From Lobosporangium transversale (Eukaryota): a stretch of DNA of 64,000 nt. This document shows positions 47,690-61,081 of the stretch, one piece after another. The translations under genes and the position numbers were made by a program. Location of the stretch: NCBI RefSeq assembly GCF_002105155.1, contig NW_019029003.1, positions 62,001 to 126,000 of the forward strand, in the 5' to 3' direction. The stretch's first letter is position 1. Every line of letters starts with the position of its first letter. A model generated the notes under the pieces. The model was not told the DNA's origin. It was given only the letters and a program-made list of their open reading frames with translations, and did no database searches.

Positions 47690-50600
47690 ATGTCAAAAGT
47701 GATGCAACCGGAAGAAATGCAGGTGGACGAGAGTAATGTTGCCAACTGCCAGGCTAGACCCGAGCAGTTTAGACGGACTTTACGCAATTCCAGGACTATA
47801 TCGGCCAAAGGTTTGGAGCCTCACACTGGGACAGATGAAAATATTCACAGCAGCATCAAATCACCATCGAGCCAAAGGCGAAAGAAACGATCAGATGGAT
47901 CTGCTGATTTGTCTGCAAACATTGAAACCCCTCCTGGAGACCAGTCAAGAGTCTTCGAGCGTACCAAAGTCCAAGAGTTGTCTGAAGTTGTTACAAAGCA
48001 TCATAGCTCTTCTCATAGTAATACTGAGACTGGAAATAGTAGAGCAGGCCAGAAGCCTGTTCCCCCACGGCTTCCACGACACAATAGGTCGCATTCAAAC
48101 GAAACGTCCTCAACTAAGTTTATACCATCACCTTTGCCAAGCCCCATCACCGCGACTGCAAACTCTTTTACGGCGCTCAGCCTCGGCTCATCTCAACCTA
48201 TGGTGTCTGGTCATAATCTATCTAGGATCACAGTGCCAAGGGAGAGGACTAAGTCGCGACCTTACTCTATCTCCTCAGCAGAGTCATTATTGGCCCAAGA
48301 ATGCGCAAGAGATAATATGGATGAAGACCCCCATCTGAATCCATCAGGCAGGCTGTCAGATCCAGAGACCTCCAGTAGGAGAAGTAGGCATGGAGTATCA
48401 AGGCAAACCGAGAAAGGCCATTCTAAGACAGCATCCGCACCCTTGGCACCTTCCACAACAATAACCAACAAGGCCTCTGAAATCAAGTCACCTAATTTGA
48501 AGCCTGCACTGCAATTCCGCGTCAATCTTCATAATCTCGTCTCCACTGGTTATTTACCCGTTGACACTTTGGTCATGTTTCGAGATCATAGTGCAAAGGT
48601 AACTCCTAAAGGGACATTAGTTCCTCAGATCAAAGAACCCAACGGAGCTTCACTCTATCCTTGGTTACAGAATGAATACGAGACGCCAAGTGCTTGGGCC
48701 ACGGCTGTAGTCAAAGGTGCTAGGACAGGGAAAGTCGCAGTCAATGGATGGTCCGCCATCAAAGTACCGATCTACCAGCTCCCTGAAATTAGCAAAACAC
48801 TTGAAGGTCAAGGACTCACTGAGGTCACGCTTGATGTTCTACGTAAGCGCTTTCTAGCTGATGCAGCAGATGATGGCTCTGCACATCCTGGGAGCGACTC
48901 GAACAAGCCAGCTTCTGGTCAAGGTAAAAGATTACCATGAAAAGATCAGTAAGCTATTTCGGAGCCCATAAACTGTTAATCCTAACCATATATGAAATTC
49001 GGCACAGTAGGCACATTAGTCTTGGACAGGAAGAAGCGGAAACGTCACGTGGCAGCATCCGTGGATACTGCAGTGTTAGATATTTCAACTCGTACCAACA
49101 CAACGGCAGACCCTAATCAGAAGGGTAAATCGACAGCAACGCGACCCAGGAAGCGAACAATGTCGGATTTATCTGGAATTGTTTACTCAGATTTAATTGA
49201 AGATCATCAGCTACATCTTGAGGCTGCCGGTGCACTCTTTTCCATGCAAGATCCGCTTAAATCGCCTTCATCAGGCTCGTTCATTAGGCGCGGTTCACTA
49301 AGCCATGGCTCGAGACCAAGGTCCACACGTTATAAACACTCTGTGATACTGGAAAGCTTAGTAAGGCGTCGCCAGGAATTAAAGTTGCGGTCGTCATATA
49401 CATTTGAAGTACACCCATCAGCACTGCAACTGGTGAAGGCCTTGGTAGAACCTTCTATCGACGCGGCTTCGACTGCGACAACAGATGAGAATCTTTGCTC
49501 TTTTTGTGGTATACAAGGACAACTCACTGAACGTCAACATTGCTCTACAATTGGGCGTTCTTCGCCAGATACAGGAGGCGCGGAGACGATTGATCAAAAT
49601 AATCAATCCACTATACACAGATGCGGTGACTGCGCTGGTGTCTTTCATCGTGATTGCTCAACCTTCACGAAACCAATCAGCCAAATATCATCAAACTTCA
49701 CGGATGAGTCGTGGCGATGTCCGCAATGTACCGTCTGTGTTCACTGCAAGAAATCTGTTCATACTCTTCCAGCGCTCCAAGTAGTAAAGAATGAGATGGA
49801 CCGCAAACTCGCGGCAGCAACTGACTATCCGACCCATATACAGGTGTTGTCGTGCGATATGTGTCACACCCCCATCCATTTGGAATGTCAGCTCATGATA
49901 GAGCCAGCATTGAAGGATTTGAGGCAGTCCCACTTTCCTACAGAGAAGGTGGAGTGGACTTGTCTTGAGTGTCGAGAGTGCGTGGAATGTGGATATCGTG
50001 CCAAGACAGAGACGAAAACTAAACCATCTGATATGAAAAACGCATCCACCATTAAAGACAGAGAAGTAAACAAGATACAGGGGAGATGGTCGCACGGATC
50101 AGCATTATGTCCTTCCTGCACAATCCTGGCTGAGAAGGGCAATGTTTGCCCGCTTTGCTGCCGCCTATACTCGGATGATGATTATGAAACACCTATGATC
50201 TTTTGTGATGGTTGCTCGCTTTGGGTGCATGTTGCATGCGATAAAGGGTTACAAGATCGCGATTATGAGGAACTAGGGGAGGACTCGAGGCAATATTTCT
50301 GTCCTTCATGTATACCTACACCTATCCCATCTCCAACACACTCTTCATCATCGTCTATGGTCTCGGCAGCCAACTCAATTGAACAGAGTCCATGGCAACG
50401 ATCCCGTAGTTTTGAATCATATCCAACAGACGGTCCTTGTGACCATAGTCGAGAGACCTCGTCTAGTATAGAGGAAGACTGGTGTCACCGAAGCCGGAAA
50501 CGAAAGGATGATATTTTTGACTTGATCAAAGCAGCCAAGGAGATTTCTGACTCGGAATCCCGAGCAAACTCCCCGTACAGTGCCTATAGCCCTGTGTTTC

Positions 50601-51304
50601 CACCCACACACTCCCATTCGAGAACGCTATCTACATCATTAGATTCGGTTGTAGAGGTTGCAGAAGTTGCGGCCGCAGAGGCTCTACTAACAATTTTCAG
50701 CGGCACTAACACACCTATTAATTCTACACCACATACCTCATACCCACCATCACCATATGAGCCAAGCTTTAATGGACCTTATGATCGGCACTACTCCATT
50801 ATGCAAAGTCCGCAGGATCCTCAACCTCTGATGAGGTCCATGGCATTTACGCCACCATCGTCTTTTGATCAGGACACATCCTCTTTGACAATAGCATGGG
50901 AATGCCAAGGATCTGCCGCAAATTGCCGTTGCCGTAGGCATAGGGACAATAGCATAAATCCCGAGGATTACTTTAACAGCAGGCCATATCGTCCGCTGAC
51001 AATCCCATACCATCAGATTGGGCAGGAGTTGCGAGCGTTAGAGAGCGAGAAGGATCCTTCTCTCGTACCACTAGCACGGTCTCCGGCCACAATAGCCAGT
51101 GATGACATCACCATGGAAGGAGAAGTATCAGTGGTTGAAGTACCTGTTATGGAGGGTATGACTTCAGCTACAATGCCTGAACAACGGAACACGGAGAACG
51201 CGATAAATAATTTCTTGAAGGCTCAACAATCGAAAAAGAATGGTGCTATCAGTCAATTTCTCCAAGCGTCTTCAGAGATAATGGCTGAGAATTCGGCTGA
51301 GTAA
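47690..51304 (+). CDS. Chromatin protein with a RAMA-like domain and an MLL/KMT2-like tandem PHD-finger cassette, 2 exons
   Basis: VNLHNLVSTGYL...YETPSAWATAVVK...NGWSAIKV (RAMA-like); CSFC..CGDC..FHRDC..WRCPQCTVCVHC..CDMC..HLEC..WTCLECRECVEC..KGNVCPLC..DDDYETPMIFCDGCSLWVHVAC..YFCPSC. Confidence 0.8.
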
Positions 51305-51543
51305 TTATGATTAAATTAATTAAGTCTAGTTAAATGTAAAGAAAATGGAAGGAAGGATTGTTGAAGGAGGAACATGTACAATAGATGGGATAACAATCTG
51401 TGTCGTTTATGATTGCGGCGGCAACAGGACAATAAAACATTTTGCATAGACAAGCGCATTTAAAGGAAATATTTTACTTTATCATAAAGAGCGAAGAAAA
51501 TCATAGACATATAAAAAGATGTAGGGCATTGAAAAGAATAAAA

Positions 51544-52399
51544 CTACTTCTTGAGTGGTTGGTTGGTATCAAAGATGATGGGCATTTTGAACTTCCACTT
51601 TTCCCAAATTGCAGGACTCTCAATAAGTTCGCACATGAAATGGGCAATATTAGACATGGTAACCTTCTCAGCCTCGTAAAATGGATGCCGAATAGAGTCT
51701 TCGATAGTGTACTCTGAAACTTCTCCATCTATAAAGCCATCTGGGCGGACAACAGACCATTCGAGCCATTGTGTCTGATTTGTGCCGACTTGTTGACTGA
51801 TGTATTCTGCGGAACGGACACTATCTGCATAAGGCGGGACCGTAGTCTTCATGAAGGTCACAAGGCCATTTTCAAGTTTGCCTCGGATATGTCGATCGGT
51901 TCCATCTGGATTCATAACACCAACAGTGTTAAGGAGGACAAACCGAATAGGTGTAACAGGCTTGACTTTAATAATGGCATCGCAGATCATTTTCGTTGCT
52001 CTTGTTACTAAGTCGCGAGGGCTTGCCCAAATTCCTATTATTTTATGCCAAATAGGAAGCGCTTAATAAGGAAAGCAAAAGGGAGAAAGAAGAGCCTAAG
52101 CATTACAAAAAAAAAAAGGAGAAAGAAAAGTTACCGAGGAGAGGGATGTTTTTATAGTCCATGTTATGGCCCAATGTACAGACAACAGCATCACAGTCCT
52201 GGACATGAGTTGCCAAATCATCCACGGTCATATCGAGCAGACTTGCTTGAACCACTGCCAACTTTGGATCGCTGGAGACAGTGTCGGGTAAAGAGGATGT
52301 TACACGGACGATTGCACGAACCTCAATACCTCGTCCTAACAATTGCTTTACAACACGCTGACCAATTCTTCCAGATCCGCCGATTACGAGGACGCGCAT
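51544..52399 (-). CDS. NAD(P)-binding Rossmann-fold protein (flavin reductase/BLVRB-like atypical SDR), 2 exons
   Basis: VLVIGGSGRIG, DAVVCTLG, LEWSVVRPDG, SNIAHFM. Confidence 0.85.
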
Positions 52400-53319
52400 G
52401 ATGACTTTTTTTCTCTTTTCTTTTTTTTTTTTTTTAAGCTGAAAAAAGAGAGAGAGATTATATATGTAAGGAATATGTGTAAAGAAGAAAGAGGTTGGTG
52501 AGAATACGATTTGTGTAGTTTAAATTCTTAATGGAGTTAGAATTTTTTTGTTGCAGAAACGTAGGGTCTCTTTTATGCATTTTTATTTTTCGCGATCTGT
52601 CTGATCGAAATGTGGGGCAAAGCCTATTATTCCATAATAGGAAATTTTCAAATGGAAATGAAAGTCGAAAAAAAAAAAAAAAAAAAAAAAATCACCGCGC
52701 CTTCCACGGTTGTTATTCTCTACAAGATAAACATCTTAATGCTCGTTTGTTTTGAAAGCCTAGGCTCAAACAGTTACTTGGCAACAGAACAACCTTGCCT
52801 CGTGCATTTATCAATAAAGCAAATAAAATAGCAGCTGCTTTGTTGTAAATAATAGGTGTATCTTTGCTTAAGGGGTAAAAAGATAGACACAAAATCAGGA
52901 CAAAGAGTGTCAACAAGAATAATAAGAGGAAATAGAGGCAAATAACCTTGATGACAAACAGCGCCATAGGATGCCAAAAGAGAAGATGGGAGCTTTGTAG
53001 GTGAGCTCACAAACTGAGTTACTGGAAGACAAATACTTGTTGTGAAAAGGGGAAAAAGATAAATGGCAAGATAAACTGCGGGTCAAGAACAAGACAGATG
53101 GGGGAAACTTGAGACTTATGGGTAAACTGAAGACTTTATTGAGAAAGAAGTTCTTTGGCTTTTATAACTTAGCCTACAGGCCTGACTGTGGTGCTTTCTT
53201 GGTGAGGTAGACTCGCCTATAGCTTATAAGGCTTTGCGCAAAGATTCTTCTAGCTGTGGTTCGACAGAATGCAGATACAAAATATGTAACTATTAATGAC
53301 CAGCTACAACAGCTTCTGA

Positions 53320-53342
53320 TCACGTGGTATATCGCCACGTGA
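53320..53342. promoter_or_regulatory. Palindromic pair of CACGTG E-boxes (bHLH/Cbf1-type) between divergent genes
   Basis: TCACGTGG-TATATCG-CCACGTGA, 8-bp perfect inverted arms, ~390 bp upstream of the Myb gene. Confidence 0.4.
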
Positions 53343-53729
53343 CAGACGCTTTATTTTTTATTTTCTTGGGGCACAAAAAACTCCTTCAATTGGAGGGCAA
53401 CGGCGTCGAGTTGATCACATATTCGTCCATTCCATCATCTACCCTTAAGACAAAACAGAAAAGCAGGAAAAAAGATCTTCATTGAAGGAGTTAAGGCATG
53501 TGTTAATTAACTTTGAGAGTACATAATGCGTGTGGAGGAAGAAAATGGCAGTTGATTTGAATTATAATTACAGGCTGTTTAAGGATCAAACCCCTAAAGA
53601 CTAAAAAAAAAAAAAAATACTCACATAATGGTTGATTAATAAAATGTGTTTAAGATAAAGGCAAAGGATAAACTGATGATGTTTACCCTCTCTCTACGAT
53701 TGCGAATAGATACTGCCAATATAATAGTT

Positions 53730-54816
53730 ATGGAGAATAGATACACCAACCCAAAGAAGAGAAAACAGAATAGAGATGACCAAGAGGAGCTTAATGCACA
53801 GGTTTTCAAGAAGGCTCTGATCACGCCTGCCGCCACAAATGGTGTGTCAACGCTTGGTAGTAGTCTTATAGGGGGAGAGGCAGCCTTTGAGGCCCTTGGA
53901 ATGCTGGGTGGCAAGATAAACTCAGATAATGAGAATAGCGATTCCTCTGAGGACGAAAACCCCCCTCGGAAGAAGCCTTCAAATGTATCTATAGGAGGAA
54001 GCAAGGGCTATTTGACATCAACGTCAACATCGTCTGTCCCTGCGACAACGTCAGCCTCTAAGGCAATGGAGGATGCCAACGCGGCCGTCGTCGCAACTGT
54101 GGCCAATATCCTTTCCAAAGCAAGTGCCCAACCTTCCATCGACAATAATCAACAGAACTCTGGATCGTCCGATCAACAACAACCCATTGCAATTCAATCA
54201 GACGCTGGCGCACCAATAACACAAGATCAAATATTGGCCACTATTGCTGATCTTCGAGGCATGCAAATGCTGCTTCAAAATGACCTTATGAACTTGAACA
54301 ACGACCCATCAGTCCTGGCGACGCTCAACAACAACGTTGACACGCCTATGGTTATGCAGAACGACACTACTGTAGATGGAAAGGATGGTAACATTGCTAG
54401 CAATAAGAAAGGAAGGAAAGAAAAGAAGAAAGATAAAAAAGATAAAGGGAAGAAGAAATCCAAAGATAAAGATAAGGACAGGGAATCGAGAGAACATAGA
54501 AATCACAAAGAAAATATAGATACAATAGCAGCTGACGCTGATGCTGATGCTGCAGTCGCAGTTGCAACAACAGAAGTAACGACTGGAACAACCGCTGTAG
54601 CGCCAGTGGCAGCGTCTGTAGGAGAGGCAAGCAGTAGTCGTAGCGTCAAAAAGAAAGCCTTGAGTTTGGAGGAGCAGCTAGATGCAGACCTGTCGCGTAT
54701 CTCAGATAATCCGTTACACACCAAGTGGATGATGGCAGGAGAGCTGAAAGAGAAAGGCAAGAGAGTTAATCCATTCCTATGCAAGTATTTTTCTTATTTG
54801 AAAGATATGAAACTAA

Positions 54817-54854
<38 letters not shown>

Positions 54855-56862
54855 AAATACACAATAGGGTTGACTTATAAAATGGGTACTTTTAACAGCA
54901 ATGAGGATCAAATCATCCGAGACACTATTCGCGAGTACTTTGCGCGTCATAACTTGGACGAAGGGGCCATGACTCGTTGGTTTCAGAATAACAGTGGCAA
55001 AGGACGAGAGGAAAAGAATGAGTTGAAACTCCTCTGGGTTGAGATTGGTAAGATCACTAAGCTTTTTTCGAACGTCAGTCTTTCTTGCTCCTGACATTTG
55101 TATCCCATATACCAATCGTTGATTGAGTTTTTTTTTTTTTTTTTTTTTTTTTCTTAAACCAATTGTTTGCAATTAAGCTGCGCGTTTGGAGACTCGTCCA
55201 TTGCTTAATGTTTACTTGCATATTCGCCGTATGTACCATCCCCAAAATAATGTTGGATTATGGACCAAAGCCGACGACGCCAAACTTATTGAACTCTACA
55301 CAAAGCACAAAGGTCAGTGGACCAAGATTGGTTCGGAACTTGGACGCATGGCCGATAGCTGTCGAGATCGCTATAGAAACCATTTGAAGGATCAGGACAC
55401 CATGGTTTCAGGACCCTGGGCTGCACATGAGGACGAGAGGCTACTGGACATCATGCAAGACCTTGCAGAAAAACAAGGCAAGGCTACTGTCTTGGAATCA
55501 AGCCATTTATGGACGACGATCGCTGAAAAGATGAATGGTACGCGCACTAGACATCAATGTCGCCATCGCTTCTCGCAGGCACTGTTACCGAGGTTGGAGA
55601 GGGGCGAGTTCATTCGCACCAGGGCTGGTGCTGCATTGGCAGTTGCGACCGCTGCCAAGACTCTCAAACAGCAAAAGCAAGCAGGAACTCAGCTAGAGGC
55701 ACAGCCTCCTTCTACAAATCAGAATTCTATCACAAATGCAGATGAGGAATTTAAGATGTTGGCTGCGGCTCTACAGAATGCTCTTCCCAACACAACTGGT
55801 GAAAACCTGCTTTGGTCACAAGCATTGCCAGCTAGTAGTAATAACGCCGCCAGCGGTGGTGAACATGAGAATAATATAGATCACGATAACCTAACTGCTG
55901 CCATTGCAGCAGTTGCGGGACTTCCTGTTTCTTTGGGCACTTACCATCTGCAAGGCGCCCCTGTCTGCCGACGAGCGAGACAACAGATGATGCTTGATTA
56001 TTTAAAATGGATCCAGGAACAGGATATTCGAGATCACCTGGATATCAAATGGGGCGATATTAGGAAGGAATTCAAGACTCGTTGGCAGGAGGATCATAAA
56101 GTCGAACTAGATAAAGTCGCTAGGGCTCAGCATGACCTACAACTCCAAGCACAACGACACCTTCAGGATGGCGATAATATCTCTCCAGCTGCGACGGCCG
56201 CTGCTGCTGCTATGACAAAGGCAGCCGCGGAAGCTCAAACTGAATCCATGAAGATTCTTCACGTCCTGAGTACTCCAAATCAAACAAATCGCATTTTCAT
56301 GGTGATCCGTTGCAAGATTGAAGGCTATCGGGACTTGGATTTCAAGACACTTGTGGCGCGGATGATAGAGGTCCTTGAAAAGAAAATTGAAGACAAGGAC
56401 CGTCGTTTAATTGTAACTACTACAAATTCTGAAAGAAGTGGAGGAGCTGCAGATGCAAACACAACCCCAAAGAAAGTCTCACCCAAGTCTTTGGGTCCGG
56501 TCCATCAGCAACACCTTCAGGAATTTATCCAATTTGCAGCGATGGAGGCCCTCATGACTCAATTTCCACAGTTGCAACAGATTCGCTTACGCCGACAGCA
56601 GCAGCAGAAGCCAGGTGGGGATGCAACAGCTGATGAGGATGAGGCCGTCATGACAGTAGGAGCGGTCGACAAACAACAGCTCAGCCAACAGCAGCAGACT
56701 CGCGATCTTGCTGAGAAAATGATCAAGGAGGCCATGGCCAAGCAAGGACTGCCCATCAATAACAATAACAATAACAATAACCGTAATAAGAAACGCAAGG
56801 CCAAGGAGTATATCTCGGACTCAGATCCAAGCAGTGGCTCTGCAGACGAAGATGATACTTGA
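53730..56862 (+). CDS. Myb-repeat DNA-binding protein of the Reb1/Nsi1/DMTF1 family, multi-exon; start approximate
   Basis: YKMGTFNSNEDQII, LWVEI, RPLLNVYLHIRRMY, GLWTKADDAKL..WTKIGSELGRMADSCRDRYR, GPWAAHEDERL..WTTIAEKMNGTRTRHQCR. Confidence 0.85.
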
Positions 56863-57927
56863 TCTTAATCCACCTTTTTTGTTGTAAAAATCCGATTAAA
56901 TTGTTTACGTGTCAATTATATGTGGAAGTTCGTACATGATTATTACTATTGTGAACTGAGCCCATAACACTCATATGAGCCTACAGCACATTTGTGTAGA
57001 TAAAAAACAAAACGTAAAAGGAAGCTCAAGCACAAACTGAAAGGTGATAAAAAAATTGCCAAATTACTTCCTCTGTCGCTCTTTCCTTCTATTCCTATTA
57101 TCCAAACCGTTACAAGGTGAGTGCAGACAATCAGGGCAGAGGTTACACTGGCCTGGACTACAAGATGGATCAGGGCTAGAGGGTCAATGCTGTTTGATTG
57201 GAACAGATTGTATTAAATGCTGCTCGTCTATAGGAACATGCAATTCATCGTGATGGTCAATATCATGGCTACACAAGATAATTACGACTTGCAGATGATA
57301 TCATTGGAGTTTGTTGAAACTGACTGTGTTCTCTATGTGGCAGCTCCCTGTTTGTTCCTATAACACTTGTTCGTAGGACATGAGATTGGTGGCACCAAAT
57401 CAAGCAACATACTCTCAATGATCGGTGGTCACAAAAGCTGAGATATCTTGGTAAATGGGATCGTTATTGCCATATAACTTGGTGCACATGTAGACCGTAT
57501 CTAGGTTAGCTTCTGTATGAATTTTCAGATCAATTGTGTATGAGATTGATGGCCCCTTAAGAGGATAAGCAAAGCAATACGCGAAACAGCCCCTAGCAGC
57601 CAACATGTGCGTGTGCACAGATCAGTTTCTCCCTGTGAGTGTAACTTGAACTGAAATCTAATCGCCCCTAAAATAAAAGATAGATTAGTATAAGTGAACA
57701 AAGCATTACAACGCTTCCGATGAATTCTAATGAAGGAGGAGAGAAAGAGCCGACATCGAAGGATCAAAAAATAACGTCGCTATTGAATGCTTGGCTGCCA
57801 CAAGCCAGTTATTGTTTTCTCCATGAAAACTTCATCACCTCTTTTCACAAATTTAAATTTGTTGATTTGTTTATTTTAATGAGAAGGTAGATGAAGAACT
57901 TGTATTTGGATGTGTTGAAAAAATAGT

Positions 57928-58415
57928 CTAAGCAAGCTTATTGAAGTATTTTGGAACAGCCTAATAAATGAAAGATAAAAAAAAAAAAAAAAAAAAAGGT
58001 TTAGTAAGTCTTGTAAAATATGAAAAATTCCGTTCCTGTAACGACCATTGTCTGTGTATCAACAATCCGCGTCATTTATAAATTACAAAAAAAAGGAGAC
58101 TTACGCAGTCGTTGACGCAGTGCAAAAAGTGGTAAAGCTCTTCAATACAGTCCTCATGGGCACCGTCCTCCTGGACACGGCGGTTGCACTCCTCGAGATG
58201 GTGCTTCAATGGCAAGCAAGCGGCGTCTTCGCCACAGGCTATAAGGAAAGAAAACAAGGATTCGGAAAAAGAAGAGCCAATTGAGGGCGAGAATCATTCA
58301 CAATATCAGTCGGAAGCTCTTTATAAGGATCAAAGATAAAAAAAAAATAATAAAAAGACAGCATATGCTATTTCCGCTAATTTATCGTTCAACAGTCCAG
58401 AACAGATTGTGGATG

Positions 58416-58448
<33 letters not shown>

Positions 58449-58862
58449 GGATGCCCTGAATTGCTGAAAGATTGGGTTTTTTATATGCATAAAGAGAAAA
58501 AGATCAACGAGACGTTCTCGGAAATCATCTCCGTGTTTACTGGATTATTCTTCCGAAATGTTGCCGTGTTTTTTCTTTTTTTTTTAGCCATTGTTGAGCA
58601 TCAAGCCCTTATTGAAGGTGCATCCGGATAAGTTGCTTGTTTAAAGGGAGAGAAAGAGAAAGGGAGTATATATGTGGGTTGGAGTCCAATGAATGGAATG
58701 GATCACACAGCAAGACTTACCCTCTTCAATCTCGGGCTTAATGTCTTCTGGCTCCTCTTCCTCAGCAGCAGGGGCAGCCTCCTCTTGCTGCTCAGCGGGA
58801 GTCTCCTCATGCTTCTCCTCTGCGTAGACAGCAGGGAACAATTCAGTGATGAAGCTCAACAT
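57928..58862 (-). CDS. QCR6: Cytochrome bc1 complex hinge subunit, 3 exons
   Basis: Acidic N-terminus; CGEDAACLPLKHHLEECNRRV..EDCIEELYHFLHCVNDC|AVPKYFNKLA*. Confidence 0.93.
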
Positions 58863-59047
58863 GATTATTAAATATTACAAGGGAGAGATGGAAGTAATGT
58901 GGTATTGATTCGGAGTGGCGGATGAAAAAATGGAAAATCGGATCCGATTAAGCACATTGTTCCTGGTTCTTAAAAAAAATGCTACGTCATAGTATTTTTT
59001 TAAGCGTATTTTTTAAGGTTTTAATGAATTGAAATGGCTCGACTGAT

Positions 59048-60711
59048 CTAATCCTGATCCAAGGTCGTACGACCATACTCCACAAAGTCATCAATAAGAA
59101 CAGGCCATGCACCTAACAGATATGAGCAAAACAGGATTAGATATTGAACCATTGTTGACCCTTACCAAAAGCATTCCATCCAAAATACAAAGATAACATA
59201 CCCTCGTCATCATAGTTTGAGAACTGGGAGTCTACTTGATTAACAAAATCCAAAAGCTAATTGCACACAGAACAAACACATGACAGCTATTAGGCACAAT
59301 ATTTCAATACGAAAACATGCAAACTTCAACGAAAAGAAATACTTTGCTACTTACCAAGTACCAGGTATCCTTGGATATGGATCGACCATACTTGTTTTGA
59401 ACAAAATCGCACCACATCTCCAATCTTGGGAAGCGATCCGGCAACAACATCATCCAGAATGGAATAGCAATATCCAAAGCTATATAAATAAAAATCACAA
59501 TAAAAAAAATAAATAAAAAAAATCCGCATAAGCTTCCGCTTTAGTCGATCAAAGTAAATGCATGCATGCATGATTGTGATACGAGGTCGAAACAAGGTAC
59601 GTACGCAAACTCTTTTGATTCTCGCCTAGACCAAAAGTAAATGCGAAATTGTAAATCTCCTTAAAAGTTGCATCATCCTTAAGTTCCTGGCGCATTAATT
59701 CGATTGAATCCTTCATTTTCTCGAGTGTGTCGCACCTAATGAAGTGCGGTATATAAAAGAGAAAAGTATTAGAGATTTCATCTGAAGAACAACACCCACA
59801 TTCTTAATAAGATCTTTTAAGGCGGATCCTGTGTCCTGTACCTGAGTTTCGTCCAACCCTCGATGAATCCAGACCTAGTAAACTCACACATATTCTCCGC
59901 CTTCAAATGCCAGGCCATAACTAGCATAACAACATCCGTTGGGTCCACATCCAAGGCCGCACAGAATTTTTCCATTCCTTCGATTAGAATATAGTTTGTA
60001 TCATCTGGTGAAGAGAGCAAAGGAAAGGAGTCAGATTACTTCCATTACCTCACAAAAGCACAAGAGCACAGACATTTAATAAGAAAAGGAAATTAAAGAC
60101 ATCAAGCCATCTTCACCCTGTTTTCCTAATGATGTATTTTTTTTTTTACCTTTGAAATCGTCAAAAATCTTCTCGATTTGTTTAACATTAACAGGCGGTA
60201 GAGACTTGGTATTGCTCTGAGATGTAGTGTTCGAACCACTGCCGCCACCATAAAAAGTGTTTACTGCCACCTGAATGTCCCATCTGCAATCCTTGAGCAA
60301 AGTAATGGCTGCAGATTCTCTATTTTTGACAAAAAAAAAAAAAAAAAAAAAAAAAAAAAGCATCCAGTGTTAGTATGACTGAACATAAAAAACGGAAGAC
60401 ATGCTTCAGGATGGCCTCGCAGTGTTCATAGTATCCCTGCACTCCCAATATTTTGGATTACCTCATGTTGGTGATTCCCGTAAGGTTTTGAACCTTTGAG
60501 CGTTGATCTTGAGTTAGGTAATTCTACAGGAAACAAGGGCCATTAGTAATTGTAGATGAAACAAAAAGAAAAGAAGTTTAACGATGAACATTTAATAAAA
60601 TGAAATAAAGAGCTTTTTTTTTTTTTCATTTGTAAATTGGGAAGAAATGTTGCCAGTCGGTTTCCCTCTGTCATCATCCCCGACCTTGCCTTTCTGCTGC
60701 ATGCTTACCAT
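59048..60711 (-). CDS. DCN1: Defective-in-cullin-neddylation protein (UBA-like + PONY), multi-exon
   Basis: WDIQVAVNTFY, EGMEKFCAALDVDPTDVVMLVMAW..MCEFTRSGFIEGW, SISKDTW, YDDE..AWPVLIDDFVEY. Confidence 0.92.
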
Positions 60712-61081
60712 TGTGTATCTGTGTTGGGCGGTTGCAAGGTAGAGAGAGCAAGGAAATTAAATAGTGTACTCAGATTGAAGTTTATTGTATATAAGACAAA
60801 AGTAGGGTGAGATCCAGAAGAGGAAAAAGAAAAAGAGAAGTAGGGAAAAGGAAAAGGTCGATGGTTCTGTCCTTCTTTTTTTTCCATGCTTCTCTCACTA
60901 CTCATTTCACTCGGGAACCAAAGCGTGACTGCTCAACCTTGAAGACCACTTACTGTAAAAGGCCAGAAACAAAAAGTTTCTCTTTTCTTCACTCCATTCT
61001 TTCTTTCTCCTCCTCTCCTCTCCTCTCCTCTCCTTAGAAACAATAATAATAACGATAATTTATAATAATAAGCCTATTGCC

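Noticed and set aside
40053..60711. CUL4 + DCN1 neddylation gene cluster
   Set aside because: About 15 kb apart with five unrelated genes between; no evidence beyond chance
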